Assembly: GCF_004010195.1 (NCBI RefSeq)
Contig: NC_057718.1
Location: 57,241,023 to 57,305,022, forward strand
Direction of reading: 5' to 3'
Length of the DNA: 64,000 bases
From: Chiloscyllium plagiosum
Taxonomy: Eukaryota
Part shown: piece after piece, positions 53,948-64,000 of the stretch
How positions within the stretch are numbered: the first letter of the stretch is position 1
How the letters are laid out: the number at the start of each line of letters is the position of its first letter
The notes under the pieces: model-generated
Told to the model about the DNA's origin: nothing
Database searches by the model: none
What the model saw: the letters and a program-made list of their open reading frames with translations, nothing else
Position numbers and translations under genes: made by a program

Positions 53948-54330
53948 CAGCATGGAAACAGACCCTTTGTTCCAACCAGTCCATGCCTAACATAATCCCA
54001 AACTGAACTAGTCCCATTTGCTTGTTCCTAGCCCATATTCCTCTAAACCTTTCGTATTCATGTAGTTATCCAAATGCCTGCACCCTCCACGTCCTCAGGA
54101 AATTCATTCCACATTACCCACAGTGTGTAAAAAAATTGCCCCCATGTCTTTTTAAAACCTCTCTCCTCTTAGCTTAAAAATATGCACCCCTACTCTTGAA
54201 ATCCCCCAACCTTTGGAAAAGATACCCATCATGATTTTATAAACCTCTAAAAGGTCACCTCTCAGTCTCCTATGCTCCAGTGAAAAACGTCCCAACTTAT
54301 TAGGCTTGCTTTATAACTCAAACGCAGCAA
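53948..54330 (-). mobile_element. CR1 LINE 3' end
   Basis: CAGCATGGAAACAGACCCTT tail-proximal motif shared with other CR1 copies. Confidence 0.75.
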
Positions 54331-54593
54331 CATCTTCGTAAAACAACATACAATGAAATTCCATAAAACTGAAACAAAATTAAGTTGTATAAAAGGCAAC
54401 ATATTGATACCACGATAGGAACTACCAATCTTAGAGGATATGACAGACATTGCATCTTTCCAATGTAGAAATGAATACAAATCAAAATGTTTGATAGATA
54501 TTTGCCAGTTAATTAAATGCTAACTTAAGAAAGGTGCAAAGCTAATTAAGTTTAGAATTAAATAAATCTTGTGAACTGTTTCAAAGTTTCTTA

Positions 54594-54791
54594 ACTGCAG
54601 AAGCTGGAGATTAGAGTCGTGCTGGAAAAGCACAGCAGGTCAGGTAGCATCTGAGGAGCAGGAAAATTGATGCTTTGGGCAAAAGACCTTTACCAGGAAT
54701 CCCCGATGAAGGGCTTTTGCCTGAAATGTCGATTTTCCTGCTCCTTGGATACTGCCTGACCTGCTGTGCTTTTCCAGCACTACTCTAATCT
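54594..54791. mobile_element. Palindromic PLE-derived element with two decayed hammerheads
   Basis: Arms AGATTAGAGT...CAGGAAT / CCCCGATGAAGGGC...ACTCTAATCT; same family as 7681-7911. Confidence 0.8.
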
Positions 54792-55139
54792 TGAATGCAA
54801 GACAGATCAGTCTGGAAGTAATAGCAGCATTACTAATCATACTGACCTTAGTGCTTTTCTAGTTCACCTGATGTTACCATTTCTGAAAATAAAGGAGCTG
54901 AACTCAGCTTACATTGAAAATGTGTTAAATTTAGAAGGTTGAATGCATAGAGAAACGTGTCCACTTTCTAGCGTCTGCTCTATATCATTGTAAAAGCAAC
55001 CAAGAGTCCAACTCACTGACGTGACATGTTAATATTCAATTACTCAGAAAAGGTACAAACATATTAATTATTTGCCATATAGGTAAAGTTTTATAAATCG
55101 TCACCTTCAACTATTATTGCTGTCTACCTCACAGATACA

Positions 55140-57365
55140 AGATGATGCCAGGGTTGCATGGTTTGGGCTTTTGGAAGGGGCTGAATAGCCTGGGACCTTT
55201 CTTCACTGGAGCACAGGAGGCTGAGAGTTGATGTTCTAGAGGTTTATAAAATCATGAGGGGCATGCACAGGATAAATAGACAAGGTCTCTTCCCCAGGGA
55301 GAGGGAGTCCAGGACCAGAGGGCATTAGTTTAAGGTGAGAGGGGAAAGATATAAAAGGAACCTACGGGGCAACTTTTTCATGGAGGGGATGATGCATGTA
55401 TGGAATAAGCTGCCAGAGGAAGTGGTGGAGTCTAATACAATTATAACATTTAAAAGAAGGAAATTTGAAAAGTACAAACAGAAATACAGGCAAGCGGCAA
55501 GACAGCAGGATAAAGTTCACAGCTTTTTCAAAGAGCATTCAGAGACAGGATAGTCCAAATACTGCTCCCCAATTTGTGGTTCTTTGACTGATACCAATAG
55601 TCATATAGCATGGAAGCTAGCCCTTCAGTCCAATATGTCCACGTTGATCAGGTTTCCTCAACTAAACTAGTCCCATTTGCCTGTGTTTGGCCCATAATAC
55701 TTTAAACCTTACCTATTTGTGCACTTGCCCAAATGACTTTTCAATGCTGCAATATGTACCACTTCCTCTGGCAGTGCATTCCACATAGGAACCATCCTGT
55801 GTGAAAAGGTTGCCCCTCAAGTCCATTTTACATTTAGTTTTGAACTCCCCTACCCTAGGCAAAAGATTTTGCTATTCACCATGTCCTGCTAACATCCTTG
55901 CAAATCTTTTCTGCACCTTTTCCAATTTAGTAATACCCTTCCTATAGAAAGGTGATCAGAACTGTTCACAGTACTCTAAAAGTGGCCTCACCAACACCCT
56001 ATACATCTGCAAAGTGACATCCCAACTAATATACTAAATGGTCAGACCAATGAAAGCAAATGTGCCAAATGCCTTCTTTACCAACCTGTCTACCTGAACC
56101 CCGAGGTGTCTCTGCTCGACAGCACTTCGCACAGCCCTACCACCAACTGTACAAGTCCTGCTGTTGCTCCTCTTAACAAAATGTAACACCTCACATTTAT
56201 CCAAATTAAACTCTATCTTCCACTCTCTGCCCACTGGCTCAGTTAATCAAAATCTCTGTACTCTTAGATAACCTTCTTCACTATCGACGATACCACCAAT
56301 TTTGGCGCCATTTGCAAACTTACCAACTACACTTCCTATATTCACATCCATCTAAAATACTGGCCGACTGATGCAGCGTATATAAAATGTGAACTGCCGT
56401 TCTTGGTGTATGTAGCCCTCTTGTTTTAAAAATGTGGGTGCTATTTTTAAAAGTAAATAATAAAACAAGAGATTTTGCTAAAATTATACCAGAGGTAGGA
56501 GAACGGGGGTTGAGAAACACAGCCATGATCAAATAGAGGCATAGACTTGATGGAGCAAACAACCTAATCCTGTTCCTGTCTTATGTAAGGCACTAGTCAG
56601 ACCACAGGTGGAATACTGTGAATCTAAGGGAATATACAGGACGCTTGCATTGGAGGCAGTCCAGAGAAGATTGACTAAGCTCATATCTGCTATGGAGAGG
56701 CTGTCTTGCAAGGAGAGGTTGAGTAGATTGTATTGTAATTATTGGAATATAGAAGTCTGAGTTGCAACCTTATTGAAACATACAAATGTGCTTTAGTCCA
56801 TTTTTGGTTGTTAGTCAATGTTCCATATGCCTGCTGACAACACAAATGTGGATAAAGAAAATCACAGTCAAACAAATGGAATAAAATGTAACAATCCTGG
56901 TCAGATATTTATAGATAATCACCCCAAATTGATCCCATTGTTTCACTGCTATTATGCCCATCTTCTGATGTAAAACTAAGAAAAATCATTAAAACTGAAA
57001 GAAGTTTGAAAAATTATGAGGGGCAAGGATAGAATGGATAGTCTGAGTCTTTTCCCAGAGTAGAAATGTCAATTACTTGGGGACATAGGTTTAAAGTAAA
57101 GGTGGAAAGTTCAGAGGAGATATGAGAGACAAGTGCTTTTTTTTTAATTTACAGAGGGTGTAAAGTGCCTGGAATTTGCTGGTAAGGTGGTGGTTGAAGC
57201 ACATTAAAAAAAGTGACGTTTAAGAGGGATCTTGACAGATATATGAATAGGCGGAGAATAGAGAGATACTGACCATGCAGAAACAAGAGGTTTTTAGTTT
57301 AGAAGGGCATGTGTCATTGCAGGCTTGGTGAGGTGGGTCTGATCCTGTGCTGCACTGTTCTTTGA
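55140..57365. mobile_element. Cluster of CR1 fragments (55140-55455 plus, 55600-56350 minus, 56580-56785 plus, 57010-57365 plus)
   Basis: RGNFFMEGMMHVWNKLPEEVVE; EWKIEFNLDKCEVLHF; CR1 tails. Confidence 0.75.
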
Positions 57366-58484
57366 AGACACTACCTAAGACAACGAATGTTCAACATAGC
57401 CTCACCATGAGCAGCAAGATTATGACCTCTGACCATCTCTATGTTTGCTTGGGCTGCAAGTTCTGGAAATTTAAGGGGAGGCAGTGTTGAAATGATTGAA
57501 CTCAACCAGTAATGGAGAGGCTCAGGCAAATGATCTGGCGACAAGGGTCCAAATCCCATTGTTAAATTTATTCTATTAAAAATTTGGAATTAACCCTAGT
57601 CCAAGGATGACCGTGAAACCATTATCAATCAGTACAGACATCTGGTTAAAATATTTCCATGGAAATCTATTGTCTTTACTTAATCAGGCCTATGCGACTC
57701 CCGACCAACACTCATGCACCTTACTCTCTCATGCCTTCTGAATTAGCCCAGAAAGGTATTTAATTGTACTAAACCACTGAAATATTTCCTAAAAGGATTA
57801 AAATGGACCGACCAGCCAGCATCAGCTTAAGTACCAGAAACAAAAACAACCCTTCCCAATCAACCCTGCAAAGCTGGCTTTAAGATCTGAGGGCTTGTGC
57901 CAAAATTAGGTGTCACACCAACAACCTGACAGTAGCAGCAGTGTACAATAAACACAATACACTGCAGCAAATTCATCAAATGTACCTTGCAAACAAGCAA
58001 ACTCTACAACTTGGTGAAGGACACGAGATACATGGGAAAACCATCACTTGCAAGTTGCCCTCCAGCCATACACCATCCAGAAACTTTCTTCCTAAACCCT
58101 CAAGTACCACAGTGGTTCATCTCTAATTGCCTTTCTCAAGAGCAATTATGGATTGACTTAACCAACGAAATCCACATTCTATAACAAATATGCTTTTAAA
58201 TTTTAAAGACTGGCATCACAGCCAGTTATACTTTTTTTCTTGATCAAGTCACCTGCATAACAGCAAGAAAGGGCAAGGTAAATATAATTGCATTTTGGAT
58301 AGATTACAGTTCACAGAAAATGGGAACGCATTAGAGTATTCATAGAGTGTACTTAATACCACGTGGTCTCTGATGGATAAGAAATGAGATGCGATATTAA
58401 AGTATGAATTGAAAAGGACACCAGTGTTTCACATGGTCTGGTTCAACCTGTTTGTTGCTGAGTGTTCGATACATGTCATAGATG

Positions 58485-58775
58485 ATAGAATCCTTACAGT
58501 ATGGAAACAGGCCATTCAGCCCAACAGATCCACACCAACTCTTTGAAGAGCACCCCACCCAGACTCATCCCCCTTCTCTATCCCTGCATTTCCTATGGCT
58601 AATCCACATAGCCTACACACTATGGGTAATTTAACACAGCCATCTTTGAACTGTGGAGCAAACACATGCAGACATGGGGATATTGTGCAAACTCCACGCA
58701 GTCGCCCAAAGGAAAACTGAACCCAGGTCCCTGGTGCTGTGAGGCAGTAGTGCTGACCACTGAGTCACCATGCTG
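58485..58775 (-). mobile_element. HE1-type SINE
   Basis: Alignable by eye to 2573-2891. Confidence 0.8.
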
Positions 58776-59349
58776 TTCTGTGAATGCTGACAACACCTAA
58801 AATTTCTTATCACCTGATGCAGCTCCATAGTCAGGCAACCTTTCTGATACAAAGTCATTGAAAACTGCAGATCATCTGACTCATCAAGAAGAACAAAAAT
58901 ATTATTTAAGCCCCCAACATAAACTGTGGTCTCATCAATGGTTGCATTTTACTTTGTAACTATGCACTTAGGTTAATATATATGTCTTTCACCAGTATGC
59001 TCATCACTATAGATATGATTACTCTAATGTACTTCTTGCTGTTCACATCCTCTACAAATTAAGATGTTCCCAAGCATAGCTACCAGTAGCTAGATTTCAA
59101 CAGGGTCGTACAACTCATCCTAATTAGGCTACATTATCAGTTTTTTTTTAAAACTTTCCATCACACTAAATGTGCATCCTGTATATAGAATCAGACTCCC
59201 ATCATCTGCGTCAACATGAAGGTTAGGAAATTCATTCAACTACTGCACACTTTTAAACTGACATGGAAATCAAATTAAGAGCATTTAGATAGGGTAGGCA
59301 TTAACAACACCATTAAACAAACAAACTTAGCATTAAAACAATCAATAAA

Positions 59350-59540
59350 ACCAAAATACTGTAGATGCTGGAAATCTGAAACAATCAGAAAATTGTGGAG
59401 AAACTTAGTGTATTTGGGCAGCATCGTAGAGAAAGAAACAGGTGTTAGCTTTGAGTCCATTGCGAGTTTTCCTCTGAAGAAGTCACATCGCACTCTAAAT
59501 GCCAATTCTACTTCTCACTCCATCGATGCTGCTAGACTGT
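59350..59540. mobile_element. Old palindromic PLE-derived element
   Basis: ACTGTAGATGCTGGAAATCTG end, GGCAGCATC / GATGCTGC inverted arms, CTGAAGA remnant. Confidence 0.5.
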
Positions 59541-60212
59541 GTGGTGAAGTTGCGCACTAAAAAGTAAATTTGTTCCTGGAAAGGAAATTCAAGTTTCAGC
59601 CAGGTAATGTTAGAAAGGAAAAACAAAAATGGACAAAAAAACCCAACAAATTCTGGAAACCTAAAATAAAAAAAAACTACCCAGATAATTCAGGATCTGT
59701 TAAAAAAAAAGTTTTAAATGTTTCAGCTATCTACTTTTCATTCATATATAAAGCCTGCTTGTAACCTACACTAGTTTCTGGTCTCACCCAAATAAGGTAC
59801 AATTCAAGACAGGCTGCTGGAACTGCATTTTCCATTGTAAAACCTTTTAATGTCAAATACATTTGGATTGAATCAATTTTTGATACACATCCATAGCTCA
59901 AAATTTCCCAAATCTAACTTGACTAGCAACCAGGAAACATTGCTCTGAAACACTCCAACTATGTTAGTAGAGGAAAGTTAATGTAAACAAATCTCAACAG
60001 GAGGTAAGGCATAAATCACTCAGAGCATAAAGGTAGCAAAAATAAAGTTCCGTTTTTATTGCACGATCATCTTTCATTTCCAAAGCGTACTTTATTCCTT
60101 TACATAAGGGGGAACATGCTGGCTTCTCTGTCTGAATCCAGAGCAAGGTCCAATCTTGCTATAGATGAGACATTAAATCTGCAAATCAAATTGTTAATAT
60201 CGCTGAAAATTA

Positions 60213-60863
<651 letters not shown>

Positions 60864-62345
60864 TCAGTTGAGATTTATCCTATTACTGCAACCTGCAAAT
60901 TAAATGTATTTAACATTTATCTATTGTTCATTCCAAACCTGTCAGAAAGAATGCTTAGGGGCAATTAAGATCAAAGTATGCAGGATTTTTATAATATTTA
61001 ACAATGTTTCTTTTCAAAGAAATTATAAGCAATTTCTCAAAATGTAAATACAATAGACCATGTACAGCAATCTCAGATGCTTTATACTTAGACGACAGGT
61101 TTTTGTCATTAGATGATTTAATTTAAAATAACCAGTACATTGCTATGTTGTCGTCCACGGTCATTTGTACAGTCCACAAAAGTTGACTGGCTAGAGCACA
61201 GCACACCTTAACAGTTAACATATGTTTACAATACCATACTATAGCAAAATGCCAACAAAAATGCAAGGTATAAACCACCTAGCAAGGCTTTTCTTTTAAA
61301 TAGCTTTGCATGCCGCTCAAATGACAAACTCAATCACATCTGATATCAGAAAAAGAGAGCAGCAGTAATAATAAGCCAAATGATATCCCAACCTATTTTG
61401 CTATTAGATGCATGGTTATCTTCTGACCCAAAAATCACTTTGGCCTTGAGCATTTAGTATCAAAAAATCTGATCTCTGTCAAGCAATCAGTCTAGTGAAC
61501 TTAGGAAAAGCTCCCTTTTGTTTGGTGAACCAACCTGTACACAGCATTTTCGGTGTGGTCTTACCAAAGCCCAATGTAATAGCAATTATTGATTCCTTTA
61601 CTTTTAGATTTCAAGAGAAAAGGATTGAATTATAATACTATTTAGTTCCCTAACTGCTTGCTGTTTATGCATATTTACTTTGATTTATACACAGGAAACC
61701 AGATCCTTCTGCATAATGTTTATCTTCCTTGCATTGGTAACTTCATGTTTTCAACATCATAATCATCTGCTACATTCTTAAATATTCACTTGTATAAATT
61801 ATTTTGCAGCCTCTGCATCCTCCTAAATCTTATTTTTGCACTTAACTGAACCACCAAATGTAAATATATATTACACTTGACCCCCAAAAAAGTCAGCGAA
61901 AACTATAAACAGCTGAAACACTAATTACAGTCTATGAACCAAAACGTCAGTTGTTTATTCCAGTTTTTGTCCATTAACCAATCCTCAATGCAAGCTCACA
62001 GCCCAATTGGGTGTAACAGCATTTACTGCACATCTCAAAAAGAAAGACTTGAAACATTTATAGACCTACTTCACTCCTGCACTTTGGGGAGGTTCAAAGG
62101 CAGCTAAAAGAAAATTATGACTTCAATGGTATAAGTTCTGGCAATATTTTTTCATTGTGACTGCAAAACTATAAAATTGTTCTCTACCAGATTGCATTAA
62201 TATAACAGGTAAGCAGTCTAGCAGGTCTAGAGCCATGTAACTGTGCAATAGTCTGGAAATTTCCACGCAGGCTGTACATAAGTTGGCCCCTTCAAGTTAT
62301 CATGCACTTGTTACCATGCAAAAACTTAATGGGGAGAACATGATG

Positions 62346-62870
62346 ACTGGAGATCAGAGTCAAGAGTGTGGTTATTTATCTGTCAGTCCACAAGCCTCAT
62401 TCCTGATGAAGGGCTTATGTCCGAAATGTTGATTCTCCTGCTCCTTGGATGTTGTCTGATCTGTTGTGCTTTTCCAGCACCACACTCTCGATTCTGATCT
62501 ACAGCATCTGCAGTCCTCACCTTCTCCTAGTTGATTTCAACCTGGCTGCGAAGTCTCTTCCAAGGATGCCTATCTTGAAGAAGTTCTCCTACTCTCTCTC
62601 TACAAGGATGCGAGTGAGTCTCTCTGTCACTGCACCTCCCTCACCTCCTTCCCCCCAAACCCTCGGTCATCTCCTCTGCCCTGAACCTCTTCAGCCACGT
62701 CCTAAATCAGACTCACTATCATAACCACACCTCCTTCCTCAATGCCTGCCTACGGAACCGACTGATCCCATATGGACTCCATTCCTGATGAAGGGCTTAT
62801 ACCCAAAAAGTTGATTCTCCTGCTCCTTGGATGCTGCCTGATGTACTGTGCTTTTCCAGCACCTCACACA
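62346..62870 (+). mobile_element. PLE 5' region: terminal repeat, ORF N-terminal remnant, second terminal repeat
   Basis: CTGATGA cores at 62403 and 62785; HTSFLNACLRNRLIPYGL at 62726-62779 resembles the PLE N-terminal motif. Confidence 0.7.
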
Positions 62871-63467
62871 ACAAAAATTTAATAGTGCACGCATTCCATA
62901 AAAACAAGAGCAAACACTAATTCAAATCCCAAAAATGAAAATTTCAAAATTGTAGGTGCCAAAATTGCAACATACTACATACTTTTCTAGGAATTTTGAA
63001 GCTTTGAGCCTCAGATTTTCATTCTATATATACCATTAATAACTGGCAGTGTACACAAAGTTTGCCAGCTATAATAACTTGAGTTTCCCTTGAGTAAGTG
63101 ACAGTATTTTGAAAATTAGGATTGGGGCAAGAGGAAGATGACAGGCAAAAGTGCTAGTATTAGCAAGGGATTTCACACTGGTGAGTTAGATAATCACAGC
63201 TTTGAAGCATGCAAAATGATGCATGTCTGGATCAAATTTTAAGATACTCGGAGGAGCCGTCATTTGTGTCACTAATAACTGTCGTCAAACAGCAAGGTCT
63301 TTTAAAATTAAAAGAACGTTTAATGGGGATAATATTGATAAGTTAATGAGGCCCTTAGTCTTTTGAGTGGCATTAGGTTAAATTTAATGTTGTTTTCTAT
63401 AAGATTTGATTGCTGCATTTTTGTAGTGGCCTCTCCCCATGCCTCTCATTCCCTGTCTCACCACTTG

Positions 63468-63690
63468 GGAGAAAGCGAGGACTGCAGATGCTGGAGATCA
63501 TAATTGAAAAGTGTGGCGCTAGAAAAGCACATCAGGTCAGACAGCATCCAAGGAGCAGGTGAGTTGATGCTTTGGGCATAAGCTCTTCAGCAGGGATGTG
63601 ACAAGCGCTAATGCCCAAAACATCGACTCTCCTGCTCCTTGGATGCTGCCTGACCTGCCATGCGTTTCCAGTGCCACACTTTTCGATCCT
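63468..63690. mobile_element. Palindromic PLE-derived element with 12-bp target-site duplication
   Basis: TCTCACCACTTG 63456-63467 and TCTCACTACTTG 63691-63702; inverted arms GAAAAGTGTGGCGCT / AGTGCCACACTTTTC. Confidence 0.8.
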
Positions 63691-64000
63691 TCTCACTACT
63701 TGCCCCTCTTAGATTTGTGCTCCCTTTCAAGATCCAGGTAAGATTCAAAGCTGTAGAATTCCCAGCTGGGCATGTATAGTCCATGTTTTTAAAACAAAAA
63801 ATTCAAAGTTGATCCTGTCTCAATGCTCTTCTTCTGAATCCTTACTAACAGCAAGTAGGAGCATTTGAAAAAAATGGATTGTAAACCCTCCCGCTCAGCA
63901 CTTCTAAAGTTTTAGGATTCAAACCTCCGCAACACTGGAGCTTTGCCTCCAGAACAGATAACCAGGAAGGAATTGGCAAGTGTGAAAACCACCGAGTGGA

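Overview
Eukaryotic, repeat-rich vertebrate DNA, most likely from a shark or ray (HE1-type and SacSINE1-type SINEs, CR1 LINEs with TCTAT/TCTAA tails). The window holds 13 coding exons of PPP4R3B (SMEK2, PP4 regulatory subunit 3B) on the minus strand, from the 624-bp exon at 60219-60842 to the stop codon at 17561. All exons have GT-AG boundaries and compatible phases, giving 2181 nt or 726 aa plus stop. The EVH1-encoding first exons lie beyond the right edge. A 3' UTR runs to a poly(A) signal at 15924-15929. The rest is CR1, RTE, Gypsy and Penelope-like (PLE) retroelement remnants, SINEs and one MITE. The most notable unannotated structure is a set of about a dozen minimal type-I hammerhead ribozyme motifs (CUGANGA - stem II - GAAA - NUH) from several PLE families. 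They include short palindromic insertions with target-site duplications that carry a hammerhead on both strands, and a tandem pair 382 nt apart. Hammerheads in PLEs are known in general; their activity here is untested. TE boundaries are approximate and family names come from recalled motifs, not from a database search.
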